Of a stretch of 61,525 nucleotides of DNA, positions 49,914 through 61,525 are shown in pieces (the first letter of the stretch is position 1; every line of letters begins with the position of its first letter). Origin of the DNA: Guillardia theta CCMP2712 (taxonomy: Eukaryota; Protista; Cryptophyta); NCBI RefSeq assembly GCF_000315625.1, contig NW_005434654.1, positions 429,820 through 491,344 of the forward strand. Reading direction: 5' to 3'. The translations under genes were made by a program, and so were the position numbers. Under the pieces are notes generated by a model that saw nothing but the letters and a program-made list of their open reading frames with translations, ran no database searches and was not told where the DNA came from.

Positions 49914-51211
49914 TCAAACAAAACTTAGCAGCACTAAAGAGATAGAATAAATAATTTCTTTTGCCAATCTAGGCAGTTCCCACAAAACCCTCCTGAGGGA
50001 ATGTCTCGTGAATAGGCTGTGAAGGAGGAATGTTGTAGTTGATCTGTGAAGAGTACTGGGGCTCGGGCGCGGGACGCCGCCAACCCCCTCATCAGCCAGG
50101 ATACCCAGCAAGATGGATCCGATGAATCCCCCCATTCCATGAACAGCCCAAACATCCAAAGCATCGTCCCACTTCATCATATCACGGCAGAACTTGACGC
50201 ATCCATAGCAGAAAAGCGCAGCCACGACGCCGATGACAAGTGCAGCCCATGGACGAACAAACCCAGCACAGGGAGTGATGGTCGCGAGACCAGCGATCGC
50301 ACCAACACAAGCACCAACCAGGGAAGGCTTCGAGGTGGAAACCCACTCAATGATGGTCCACAGGGTCATAGCAGTAGAGCACGCGATGCAAGAGTTTGTC
50401 ACCGCGAAGACAGCAACTCCGTTGGAGGCAAGAGCTGAACCTCCATTGAACCCAAACCAGCCGAACCAGAGCATGCCGGTTCCAAGAGCAACGAAGGTAC
50501 GGTTGTGAGGAACCTGCAAGATGAGGCGCTCCTCCTCGCTCTTGTACTTTCTGGACCCAACCACAAAGACGGACGCGAGAGCAGCGAAACCAGCAGAGAT
50601 GTGCACAACGATGCCACCAGCGAAGTCCTTCACTCCCCACTTGTTGAGGAAGCCCGCGGGGTTCCAGATCCAGTGGACAAAGGGGCAGTACACCAGGACG
50701 AGCCACAAGGAAATGAAGATCAGGTATGCCGGGAAGGTAACGCGATCGGCAAACGCGCCGGTGATGAGCGCAGGGGAGATGATGGCAAACATCATCTGAT
50801 AGGCTGCGAACAAGAGTCCAGGGAAGGCCATGGCGTCGTTGGGCTGCATGGGGTACCCAACGGGGGTGCAGGGATCAAGGTTCACGAAGACAGGGTAGGA
50901 CTTGGGGTTGCCAATCACTCCTCCTCCAGTTTCTCCGAAGGCCAAGCTGAAGCCAATGAGGAACCAGATCAGGGAGGTTGTCCCCATGGAGATCACGCAT
51001 TGCATGATGATGGTCAGAACGCTCTTGCGGTGCACCAGACCGCCGTAGAAGAAAGCAAGACCGGGCTGTGAAAAGTTTGTCATTACTAAGAGAGGAGGTG
51101 CGCAAAGGGTCTTACCGTCATGAAGAGAACGAGAGCAGTTGAAACAAGCATCCATGCTGTGTCTCCACTGTTGATCTTGGAACAATCTGATTCTGGCCAC
51201 TGACTCGCCAT
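49914..51211 (-). CDS. AMT: Ammonium transporter (Amt/MEP family), apparently missing TM11 and the conserved C-tail
   Basis: GDTAWMLVSTALVLFMT|PGLAFFYGGLV, YQMMFAII, DFAGGIVVHISAG, GMLWFGWFGFNGGS, GLATITP, WDDALDVWAVHGMGG (twin-His intact); one ~50-nt intron near 51066-51116. Confidence 0.92.
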
Positions 51212-51499
51212 CGCTAACAACAGAACCAAGGAAGGTGCACTAGGCAAGGCAGGAGCACACGAGCTTCAGCTGAGGCAATCCAACAGACGAAGAGGACAGA
51301 GGAAGGAAGGCGGGACTAGTCCGTGGACGATATGGGATGGGACTTGTGACGGGGGAGTAGCAGACAGTGAGCCAACAAGTAAAGGGGAGGGAGCAGGAGC
51401 AGGACTGAGCAGGAGCAGGCGGAGGGGGGGTGGAAATGGGGAATTTTAGCGAGCCCGTGCGGGGAGGTGGGATGGGGAGTGGAGTAGGGAGAGAGGGGG

Positions 51500-52860
51500 T
51501 GTGAGGGCTAAAGATGGGTGGTAGGGGTGGTCCAGAAAGGGTGGTGTGCACAGTAGCAGGTACAAGGGTAGGGGGTAAGAATTTGAGTGGGGTGGGGTAG
51601 TGCAGCGGGGTTAAAAAAATATTTTGAAATTAGAACTTTTCAAATATGATCCGGACAGAACCTTCGAGGTTGGCGACCTTGATCGAAATATCTCAATGTC
51701 AGCAAACACAAATTGAAAATTATACTTGGTTACTTTTGAAATATTATCATAAAGCTTTGAAGAGTTCAAAAAAACCTTCAAAGCTGAAGGCCATGCTATT
51801 TTGTATTGGACAGTACGTAAAGCCATCCTATAACCTTTTTTGTGAAGTGAACCACCCTTCCTGATGATGGTCTGACTCATGTCTCAACTATTACCTTAAC
51901 CCGTGGAAATTTGGGATATTTATGGGGTAGTAAAGGTTTTTTTCACTACCCTACCTGACATTTTAGCACTATTCTGATTTGTTATTAATTGAACACCGGT
52001 TTCAATAGAGTCCATATCATGGGTGGGGTTGTAACATAAAGGTGCGATCTTGTGGCTATTCATCAACCTCTAAGTTGCCAGGGTCCCTCCACCTACCCTG
52101 AAGTCATAATCACAAAATCTTGCACGACGACGGGGGTGGGTGGTCTGGATTGAAAGTCATCTGCGGGTGGGTACACGGAATCGTACCCCTCGTGGGTTCA
52201 TTATTCAACTACCCCCATTTGCTCCCTTTTTCCATGGGGATCTAGGTAGGATAGTTAACAAGATTCTAGGTACCCACCAGTCGACCCGTCTTTGACCCTA
52301 CCCCTTGTTGGCAAACTACAAGGCACCGTTTGGCTGACCCTATATACCAACAATATATTTCTAATCTGTGAATAATATAAGATCGACAAGTGGGTACCCT
52401 AGAGGTTTTAGAGGGGGACCTCAAGTCAAGGGCCATCACTGGCCACCACTCTATCCCAATATGAAGGGGATGCAGCACGTGCTTGAAAGGGATGGGGTAG
52501 GTAGGTTGGGTGACACGAATAGTTAACGTTGGGGGTAGTGACCAAGGGGTGGCCCAAATAGAACCGGTCGCACTGGTACGTACTCGACGATAGGACCCCT
52601 TGCGAGATAGAACCCCTACATATTTTGCCCCACCATCAAAGACACTATTCAGGTACCCACCAAAGCGACCGATTCAATTATCATCGGAATCACCCCGACC
52701 CATCCAGACGTCCCTGGACTGCAACTATCTCCTCTTGCTACCCACCCCCCGTATAGCCAACTAGCCAAGACTAGATTCAGCGAGAGGGTACGTGGACCCT
52801 TCCAGGTACAGGGGTGGTACAGGGGTGTATAGCTGGTACGTAGAATGGTAGCACAAAGTC
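51500..52860. promoter_or_regulatory. GGGGTA/TACCCC-rich upstream block (class II)
   Basis: Repeated GGGGTAG, GGTACCC and TACCCC words in both orientations. Confidence 0.35.
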
Positions 52861-52869
52861 TCGGTGTTG

Positions 52870-53700
52870 CCCGGAAGTGCAAAAGGCCCGGGTGCCGCCG
52901 GCCTTTTCCAAGTTCACTCTTTTCACTCAGTAGTACTGAAGTACTTTGCGAGTCCTAAACTTTTCCTGTACGTACCAGCCTTTACTCAAAGTTAAGTTAA
53001 AGTTCAGTACAACATACGGTACTAGCCGGTAGGCTTCGGAAATGTGCCGACGTAACAACTTGCAACGCACCGCATTGAAACTTTGAAACCGTTGAACACT
53101 CAGCGGCCAGTGTTCAAGGCGTTTCACTTAACTTAGGCGTAACTTTGAGTGCCGCGCCCGGCCGCGCCGGCCCGGGATCCCCGGGGGGCCCGGAGTCCCG
53201 GGACCGGGCGAGGCCCGCCGCCGCGGCGGCCCGCGGCTGCGACCCACTGACGGCCGCCCGACTGAGTTATCGGACGGTGACCGGCAGTGAGGCATCAGTA
53301 CTATGACTCAGTGATGACTGATCATCGGCGACCGTTCAGCGCCGCCGCGCCGACACTCCGGAGCCTAGTGGCCGGGCCGCGGGCCCGGCCGCGCGGCGCG
53401 CCGCCGCCGCCGCCGCCGGGGCGGCCCACCGGCGCCGGAGTCACGGGCCGGTCGGAGTGCCGCGGTGGGGTACGGTCCGAGCGGGCCGGGCTGCACGCGG
53501 CACCGCGGGCGGCGGCCCCGGGCCCGGGGCTAGCGGCTTGTCACTGAGTATAAAATTAAGCTAAAGTTTTACTTATACTCGCTCAGTCAAATCACTATGG
53601 CCGTTGCGGTAGCCGCGAGTCCAACTGAGCGGCGCTGCCGCTCGCAGGAAGCCGCTCACGGCCCTTGACTGAGTCCATGGGGGCGAGAAGAGCCAGCCGG
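52870..53700. repeat. GC-rich palindromic intergenic block (class I) with the 18-mer at 52981-52998
   Basis: CAGTAGTACTG, TTGAAACTTTGAAAC, GCCCGGCCGCGCCGGCCCGGG and TCAGTGATGACTGA. Confidence 0.6.
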
Positions 53701-54206
53701 ATGTCAGGATGAGTATCAGGCTAACAGCCGAGTCAGAGGACCGTCCGTGTGGTGCGCTACAGTTTGCGCAGGGAGGCATTTGAGGCCACCGTCAGAGTGT
53801 TTGAGAACAAACATGGCTATGATAGCCTAGTAGTTTGATTGGCAGTCTGGGAGCTTCGGCAACAGGACGGACAACTTGAGTGCGGGCAGTTGACAGACTG
53901 TCAGTTGGGGGCGACTGAGTTGACTTTGCCGTGTGTGTGAACTTGGATCGCCCTTGTGCCGGGTTGGCGGAGGGGGCGGAGTTGGTACGAGAGCCGCCGA
54001 CGGGACTGTTCAGTGCATACCCAGACTACACGTGTGACGTTGAGCCGGCGGTGCAGAGGCGGCAGGAGCAGCAGCACTCACTCCGACGAGCTACAGGGAA
54101 GAGTGCCGCTCAAAATGACCTGCTCCTGACTCGCCCTGAGCTGTTGATCTGTACAGCCTTGGGGGAGAGAAACTTGAGAGGAGACAGTCAGGGTGGAGGG
54201 ATATCA

Positions 54207-56096
54207 ATGCGAGGAGGGTCGACAGGGCCTGGAATGAAGGGGAGAGGGGAGAGTGCTTTTGCACCGCCTGCACCAGCACTTCTTCCACGGGCCCTCACGA
54301 ATATGTTAGAAGCTGAGCAAGCGAGAAGAAAGCTATGGTGGGGGATTGATTACGAGGACTGGAGGTCGAGGTCGTGCAGGAAGTTGATGAGGAACTGGAA
54401 AGAGCAGTTTGCAGACAAGGTCTCCCGCTCCTCCTGCTACGTAGAGGAACTCTGCGGAAACCGCCCCTGCTTCGTTCAAGCAAACCTTGGCCTCGGGGAC
54501 GGCACGCGTGGGTTCACGGCGTTGAAACCTCCCAAGGACCTCGTCCTCTTCGACGAGTTCCAGTGCGAGGACGACGACGTCTCGGTCAGCTCATCCAACA
54601 GCGAGGAAAGCAGCGAATCTTTCAGCTTGAACCTCTCCGGAGGGAGGGATGAAGCGGCGAACACTAGCTCGAGCTCGCGGCAGATCCTGGCGGATGAGTA
54701 CGTCTTTCTGACGGAGGAGCGAGGTTCGTTCTCACTTCAGACGGGCGCACCCTCCGTCAGCCAAGGGGAAGCGACAGGAAGGGAGGAGGGTCAGTGGGGA
54801 GGAGCAACAGGGGCGAAAGTGGTGGAGGGTGGGAGGGAGCTTCAGTCGAAGGAAGACAGGCAGCAAGACATGAGCATACCTGCAGATTTTGCCGTCCACC
54901 AGTCCGACCGCACCCCTTCTTACCGAGCCGAGGGTGCCGTCGGAGGATCAGCCCGGGAGCGCAGGAGACAAGCTCTACCTGCAGCCTGGCGCAAGGGAGA
55001 ACGGCTGCCCCACGTGATGGAGGCGATCAGGGTGAACAAGGAGAACGTGAACAACAACGACCGGGAGTTTGCCATCCCTGCTGACGTCTCGGTCTCGGCA
55101 GTGCCCAAGGACAAGGGACAGGCAGGCGGACAGCAGGACGGGGTCGCGCGCAGGCTCTTCTCCTCCCTGATCGAGGGCGAGAGGAACGTCCATGTGGCGG
55201 TAGGCAGCTGGAGCAGGGAGAGTCGAGGGGAGAGCAGCATCCCAATGGACGTACAGGAGAGCGCAGAGACCATCCACCACAACCTGACGCTTCCGTCATG
55301 GCCCAAGGAGGAGTGGACGGGGCCGACGAATGAGGTGGGGATGAAGGTGGGGAGGGAAGGGAGGAGCAGCAGGGAACGGGCAGGGAACGGATTTTCTCGC
55401 TCCTCCTCCTCGCCGTCGGAAGTTTCCTTCCTGGACGAGATCAAGAGTTTTCTGGACCGCTACAGGAGCGACTCGCAGGAGGAAAGGCAACTTTACAGCT
55501 CGCACGACTCCCCCCGCTTTCTCCCCGCTGCCAACGTGGTCGGGACTTCATCGCTCCCATCAGAGGGGGAGGAGGAGCTGGAGCTGGACGTGGACGGGCT
55601 GATCGTAAGGAGCAGCAGGCGACCGTCTACGTCATCTCACTTGCCCGGGTCCCCTGGCCTCCATCGATCCTCCTCGTCCTCCTCCTTCCTCTTCAGAGCG
55701 CCATCCTCGCAACTGCAGGAGCCGTCGTCCTCGGGAGCTGAAACCATCGCCCGCAGTTGGCGGATCTCTCAATCTCCCAGGACGCAAGCCTCCGCCTGGT
55801 CACCGAGCAGCCAGCAGCAAGTGCTTTCTCCCCTCCTGCCTCCTCCTCAGCCGCAGGCGCTGGCAGACAGCCCGAGCCTCACATGGTCGAAGCAGAAGAC
55901 GGCAGGGCCGAACCTCCCCCGCGCCCCCCGCGCCCCTCCCGCAGCAGATGCTGCTTGGTCGACGCCCCGGCACCAGACCCGGACAAACAGGAGAGCACCG
56001 TCATGGTTTGAGGAGCCAGAAGCTCCGAACGGGCCTCATCCTCCTCCTCCAGCAGCAGCAGAAGCAGCAGGTGGTGGTAGCATGATACGCGTTTGA
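54207..56096 (+). CDS. Hypothetical large, mostly low-complexity/disordered protein
   Basis: Long open frame (53931-56096) with coding-like codon usage; S/E/P-rich; short structured patch RRKLWWGIDYEDWRSRSCRKLMRNWKEQF; ATG 54207 chosen; may contain a short in-frame intron. Confidence 0.6.
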   Translation: MRGGSTGPGMKGRGESAFAPPAPALLPRALTNMLEAEQARRKLWWGIDYEDWRSRSCRKLMRNWKEQFADKVSRSSCYVEELCGNRPCFVQANLGLGDGTRGFTALKPPKDLVLFDEFQCEDDDVSVSSSNSEESSESFSLNLSGGRDEAANTSSSSRQILADEYVFLTEERGSFSLQTGAPSVSQGEATGREEGQWGGATGAKVVEGGRELQSKEDRQQDMSIPADFAVHQSDRTPSYRAEGAVGGSARERRRQALPAAWRKGERLPHVMEAIRVNKENVNNNDREFAIPADVSVSAVPKDKGQAGGQQDGVARRLFSSLIEGERNVHVAVGSWSRESRGESSIPMDVQESAETIHHNLTLPSWPKEEWTGPTNEVGMKVGREGRSSRERAGNGFSRSSSSPSEVSFLDEIKSFLDRYRSDSQEERQLYSSHDSPRFLPAANVVGTSSLPSEGEEELELDVDGLIVRSSRRPSTSSHLPGSPGLHRSSSSSSFLFRAPSSQLQEPSSSGAETIARSWRISQSPRTQASAWSPSSQQQVLSPLLPPPQPQALADSPSLTWSKQKTAGPNLPRAPRAPPAADAAWSTPRHQTRTNRRAPSWFEEPEAPNGPHPPPPAAAEAAGGGSMIRV

Positions 56097-56230
56097 AAGC
56101 AGAGAACAAGTCCAGATAATTATGATTGTCTGCCTCCCCCCCTTCCCCTTCCCTCGCCCTCCTCCCCTTCCTCCTTCCTTCCCTGGCCCTCATCTCCTGC
56201 GTTCTCCCCTCCCTCCCTCCCTCCTCTCCG

Positions 56231-58835
56231 TCATCCCGTCGCTGGAGCCTTGCCTCCTCGGATCAGCGAGTATCGGATCTCGTACTCGCGCACGTCCACC
56301 GGCACCCGTCGGATGCTCTCGAACTTCTTGCTGATCCCAACTCCCCCGATCCTCTTGGCCCGCAGGTCCTCCCGGAATTCTTTCTCCGGCAGGAACGTGC
56401 TGATGCGCTGGATAGAGGAGAAGCCGTTGCTCTCTCCTGCTCCCCGGAAGAACACCTGGACCCTTGTCGTTAGCATCTTCAAGGACCCTCCTCCTCGATC
56501 GCGTCTCCAACGCCCTCCCTCCCTCTCCTCTCACGTCCCCTCCCTCCCTCCCTCCCTCCCCTCCTTCCCTCCCAGCACTCTCTTTGTACTTCCCTCTCCT
56601 CCTTCCTGTCGCCATCCCTCACTTCCTCCCTCCTCCCTCCCTCTCTTCCACCAGACCTGCACTACTTCAATCGTCTTGGAACTCTCACTTGCCGCTCGAG
56701 GGATCGAGACTCTGCTATTCCCAACGTTCCCCTGCTAGCAGATGAGCAGGGGACAGGAGCAGGTGACGAGAGCATATCAGATGGGGACGAGGAGAATAGA
56801 GTGAGGTAAGGTGGGAAGGTCGGAAGGGAGGGCAGAGGGGAGGGTGAGGTAGGTGGGAGGGGGAGAGGAGGCATGCCAGCGGGGGGTCAGGGGAGCACGT
56901 CAGAGGGGGGTGGGGATGGAAACGCCATGATGAACCTGATCGGGTCATTCTCTGCGACGATGGTCTGGCTTGAGGTCTCCGAGCATGCAAAGTTGGTCGG
57001 GTGATCCCAGGGGCTTCTCGCATGAGTCAAGTTCCCTCCTCCTCCTCCCTCTTCCTCCTCTCTCCTCCTCCTCTCTCCTCCTCCTCCTCTCTCCTCTTCC
57101 TCTCTTCTCTCTCTTCCTCTCTCCTCCTATTTCCTCTTCCTCTTCCTCTTCCCCCCTCTTCATCCCCCTCTTCCTTTCCCTCTTCCTCCGGCCCCCTGCC
57201 CCCCCCTTCTTCTCTTCAATAGAGTATCGCCCCTTCTTGCTGCTTCGCTCCCTGTCTCTCCTCCTTATCCAGCCTGGTCTAGTCCACCATCTCCCCTTCC
57301 TCACTGCGCCCCCCTTTCCCCCCCGGTTCCCGACTCCGTCCTCCGTCCTCCTCCCCTACCCTCCCCTCCCCTCCTCCTCCTCCCCCTCCCCCTCCCCCTC
57401 CCCCTCCCCCTCCCCCTCCCCCTCCCCCTCCTCCTCCTTCACCTCTGTGATCGCCCAGTAACTTGCAGGTCTGCATTGAAAATTCTCCCTCCGGCATTCT
57501 TGGGGAGGATCGAGACCCTTAGCTTGTTGGCGTTCCCCTCCTCCTCGAAGCACTGAGAGTTGTGCAAGATCGAGGGGATAGGAAAGGGAAAGAGGAGAAG
57601 AAGAGGGAGCAGGACATCAGAGAAGAAAGGAGGGGAGGGAGGCAGGGAGAGAAAGAAGAGGGGGAAGAGAGGGAAAAGAGAGAGGGAGGGATTCCAATCA
57701 GCGAAGTACAGTCATCGGAGGGAGAATACCTCGAGCACGGCAGAGTCTCCCAGTGAGGCTCTTGTGATTGAGTCGACGTTGAAAGGTCTGCGGAAGCGTC
57801 AAGGCCAGAGCATCGAGGGAAAGAGGGAGGAGCAGGCGTGAGGAATGAGGAAGGTGGAGGGGAGGGGAGGGCGATGGCGGGGGCGGGGGCGGAGGGCAAG
57901 TTGGAGGTGGGGAAGGCGGAAGGGGGGGGGGGGGTNNNNNNNNNNNNNNNNNNNNNNNNNNNNNNNNNNNNNNNNNNNNNNNNNNNNNNNNNNNNNNNNN
58001 NNNNNNNNNNNNNNNNNNNNNNNNNNNNNNNNNNNTAGGGGATACGACGGACCTGTCAGCGATCACCCTCCCATCTGCTGCTCTTCGGAACCTCGCCTGG
58101 TAGGTGAGCGTCTGCTTCACTTCTTTCCTCGCCATCTCTAGCGCCCCTGGCCTATCCCACAACGAGATCAGCACCCTCCTCCTCCCTCCTTCCCATGGCC
58201 GCACCTGCCGAAGAGATCTTCTCCCAGCGGCGCTTCCACCAGCCTCGTGGTGGATTCAACCTTCCACAGCCCGTACATCCAGCTTGTAGGAGCAGGAAAC
58301 AGTATCAGGGGCGTCAGTCAGTGCAGGAGGGCAGTTACGTGGGGTAGAAAATGTCCGGCGATTCGATCTTCTGCTTCATCTTCTCCAAATCTCCCTCTTT
58401 CAGCTTCCTCCATAGCAAGGTCTTGTCCTCTCCCAGATCATCCGGCACCACAAGATCCTCCACCGACCATGTCGGAGCAGCGTTCGCTGCAGTTGTTGGT
58501 GCCAGTGCGAGCAAGCTTGAGGAGACAATGAAGTCTCTTCTCGAGAATCCTCGTAATGATCTTTCAGAAAGGCTGAAACTCCTCTCCTCCTGGACTTCTT
58601 CCTCCTTTGCAACGTCTTTGCAGCCTGACAGCGCGGATTTCGAGCTGAGCAGCAGCACGACGCCTCGGCGGTCACAGGTGCTGTATTCCCGAGAGATCAT
58701 ACCTGGTAGCGAGCAAGGAGAAGGGAAGGCGAAGGAGGGAAGGACAAGCGCCTCTGTCGTCTTGTATCGCGGCATCAGCATCATCGTCAGCATCATCGTC
58801 GTCCCCATCCTCGCCATTCTCGCCTTCGTCGCCAT
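56231..58835 (-). CDS. DUF6816-like protein with plastid/thylakoid-lumen (Tat) leader, multi-exon
   Basis: Hydrophobic N-terminus, then SRRDFIVSSSLLALAPTTAANAA (twin-Arg + AxA); DIFYP|DWMYGLWKVESTTRLVEAPLG...YQARFRR...VIADR...FNV resembles the cyanobacterial/plant DUF6816 family (recognised from memory); spans a gap. Confidence 0.65.
57936..58035. other. Assembly gap (N run)
   Basis: 100 N. Confidence 1.
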
Positions 58836-59164
58836 TCCTTATATCCAGGGCGGGTAAGCGCGGGGAGGAGGCAGCCGTTTCCGAGTCAAGTTTGCCAAGT
58901 TGGCCGGCCGAGCTCAGTGGGCCGGCGGCGAGTCCGGCCACGATGCCGCAAGTTGACTTGCAGCGGTCAGTACGTCCGTGTTGCAGTCGGATGCGAGCTG
59001 GTCGCTGCTGCCTTGGTGGTCCCGGCGGCCGCCGGAACATGTGGCCTTCAAGGTTCAACTTGCCAACGGTGAGTGAAATAATTTTATTATCTCCTTCACT
59101 GATGGATCTCTGCTGCAATGGAAATTCTCATGAAAGGTTCGGAATCGCCCGATAAGTTGCTAAA

Positions 59165-60805
59165 TTAAACCGAAGTGTCTTCTCTACCATAGCTCTGTGC
59201 CTGAGTGTATGTTCCGTAGTTGGACTGCGAGGCATCAGTCATACCCTGGCCTTCACTTCCACTTCCCCTGGACATACAAGTCACACTGAAGTCGGTCACT
59301 GACGTTACCCAGCTCACCTGCCATACTGGAACCACCAGAAGAGAAGAGCGCCCGCCAACAAGAGGAAGAAAACGGCAATGCCGATCTTCTCGCCGAGAGA
59401 GCTGTCGCGCGTCTTGCCACCTGGAGGAATCCTGTAAGCCGATCGATGTGGCCATGGAGCCAGTCCATCACCTGAGCTAATGGTGTTGCTTCCGCTGGAA
59501 GATCCCGAGAAGCTGCTGACGTCGGCCAGGTTGCGGGCAGCGACTTCGGCGTTGTCGGCTTTCACCTGTCATGGCTCGTCAACGAACTGAAGTCAACATT
59601 ATGCAAATGCTATCCTCACCTTGGCTTCCGCAAGAGCAATCCTAGCAGATTCAGCTTCCTTGGCAGCGGTTTCGGCAGCCAGAGCACGATCCATGTTGCG
59701 GGTCTACGGCCAACCGGTAAGAATGCAACCAGCGACAGAAGGGAGAGGGAGAGGGGAAGGGAGAGGGAGAGGGGAAGGGAGAGGGAGAGGGGAAGGGAGA
59801 GGGAGGGTGTGGAGGGGGGTTAGCAGGTAGGAGTAGGGAGGAGCGGGCAAGACATGCGCACCTGTGTTGCAGCATAAGCCATGGCAGCAGCAAGACGTTG
59901 GTTGGCAGAGTTGAGAGCAGCCTGCTTCTGCTGCGCGATCGCAGCAGGGGGACCAGCAGCATCCTCGTCTGCACGGAGCTGCTTCTCATCAGCAGCCACC
60001 TTTGCTGCCGCTGATGCCGCAGCCTCATTGGCATCTGAGAGCATGCGATCAATGGCAGGCTCCTCTCACCAAACATGCTCACCTGTGGCAGCCTTGGCAG
60101 CCTCGCCCTCAGCATCTTTGGCAGCCTCCACGATCTTCTTCGCAGCTGCGACCTGCCAAGATCGGTCACATCAGAGCATCTGGCGCCACCGTCTTGATCG
60201 CACCTTGGCCGCATCGGCGGAAGCTGCAGCTTTTGCAGCAGCCAAGATGGCCTTAGCCTGAGTTCCAACGGGCAAGTCAACATGGTGCGCTGCGGAATGC
60301 AGGAGTCAACCTGGGCAGCAGAGAGTGTCCCATGCTCCAAAGCCTTGGTGATGAGATCGTCGGCATTGGTTGCTGCCTCATAATTGTCGGCGACTGGGAC
60401 CACTGGAACAGCTGGAACAGCAGCTGCTTCCTCCGACTCGCCCTCGCCTTCGGCTTCGGCTTCACCCTCTCCAGCCATCATCTGAGTTCTTGCTGTTTGG
60501 ACTGGAGCCAAGCCAGTATATTGAACGCCATAGTTTCCGCGGAACTTTGCCGCTGAGTTCACTAGCGAACCATCATGGAGAACAAGGACGTAAGGAGGGA
60601 AGCTACCTTGCAGTCTTGCATCAACTTGAAGAGAGGTAAAAAGAAGACAAATAAGCACAGTAATGGAAAAAAATGCTGTGAATACAAACAACAGTCAGAG
60701 TTTGAACCACCACATGATCTACAAGAAGAAAGAACGACTTGTGACCGCTGAAAAGCGTGTTGAGGAGCACCATGGCAACTCACCACTGAAGCGTGTGAAA
60801 GACAT
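59165..60805 (-). CDS. Hypothetical Ala-rich coiled-coil type I membrane protein
   Basis: Signal-like FFSITVLICLLFTSLQVDA; A/K/E-rich exons (AKAILAAAKAAASADAAK; DANEAAASAAAKVAADEK); C-terminal TM IGIAVFFLLLAGALLFWWF; many ~45-nt introns. Ends tentative. Confidence 0.6.
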
Positions 60806-60959
60806 CCTGGAGTTCAAGAGAAGTGTCGACAGGAGAGGATGGCGAGGAGAGATCGGTCAGCGAGCTAGGAAGGAGTCTTGGAGGGCAAGCGCGCTAGCTC
60901 TGAAGCGCGTCACAGCCGATTCCTCCTGCCGCCATGCGCAGGCCTAGCCTCGAAGAGTC

Positions 60960-61270
60960 GCGCTACCACCCCCACCTCCTATCTAATATGTTCTCCAAAG
61001 TACCCCCTTGATTATGCCAAACCACCCTTCGACGCCAAGGTCATACTAAATCACTACCCCTATTTCCCTCATGTAATACCGGTCATTAGACCTTCACCTG
61101 ATGTACCCACCCTCCGATCAGACCAGTAATTTTGAAACCACCCCCTCCCTTTTCATCTTTCACTGCCCGGACCCTCAACTCGGCTCTCCTCGTTGGAAAG
61201 TGAGTACCCACCCCTTCCCAGACAGCAATATTGAGGTGAAAGAAGGGGTACTTTCAGGCACCCTTTCGCT
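60960..61270. promoter_or_regulatory. TACCCC-rich upstream block (class II)
   Basis: Repeated TACCCC/CACCCC words. Confidence 0.35.
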
Positions 61271-61525
61271 GGGTCTGTATATGAGGGTGATGTCGAGTGT
61301 ATGAGGGTGATGAAAACAATCGCCGGGCCCGGGCCCGATCGACACAGGCTTTTAGTAATTTTACTCAACAGGAGTACAAGGGGGGATGAGGGCCCATGGC
61401 GAAGTGTCGCGCAGTTGTATGGGTAGAGGGAGGCGAGGGAGGCGAGGGAGGGGAGGGAGGGGAGGGAGGGGAGGGAGGGGAGGGAGGGGAGGGAGGGGAG
61501 GGGGGGAGGGGAGGGGAGGGGGGGA

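Noticed and set aside
53150-53550. GC-rich hairpin-prone region as a possible rRNA/ncRNA
   Set aside because: No recognisable rRNA, tRNA or snRNA motifs; same vocabulary as the other intergenic blocks
61420-61525. (GGGA)n tract at the window end
   Set aside because: Ordinary low-complexity tract like many others here; any gene starting at ATG ~61396 cannot be assessed

Overview
Gene-dense, intron-rich eukaryotic nuclear DNA, most likely from a cryptophyte-type alga such as Guillardia theta. This is inferred from the ~45-55-nt GT-AG introns, the purine/pyrimidine microsatellite-filled long introns, and a bipartite signal + 'A-F' plastid leader on a homogentisate solanesyltransferase. About 17 protein-coding genes can be supported: a LysM + double-TLDc protein, a TPR/GT41 (OGT/SPY-like) protein with an apparent signal peptide, a repeat-containing membrane-anchored protein, a small F-box/Sel1-like protein, a purple acid phosphatase, HST, a lid-less Hsp70, a putative GT25–F-box–JmjC (JMJD6-like) fusion, a PH-domain protein, a 4-TM protein, an ankyrin–phytochelatin-synthase-like fusion, an ER-type TPR–DnaJ protein, an intronless DxD (GT92-like) type II protein, a Cys-rich protein, an ammonium transporter apparently missing TM11, a large disordered protein, a DUF6816-like thylakoid-lumen protein and an Ala-rich type I membrane protein. 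Intergenic DNA carries two recurrent sequence classes: GC-rich mini-palindrome blocks with an exact 18-bp motif, and TACCCC/GGGGTA-rich blocks. There are three assembly gaps. No rRNA, tRNA, CRISPR or transposase was seen. The most interesting candidate system is the GT25–F-box–JmjC fusion, which could be a single-polypeptide cytosolic hydroxylate-then-glycosylate enzyme tethered to Skp1/SCF. All exon structures are manual reconstructions.
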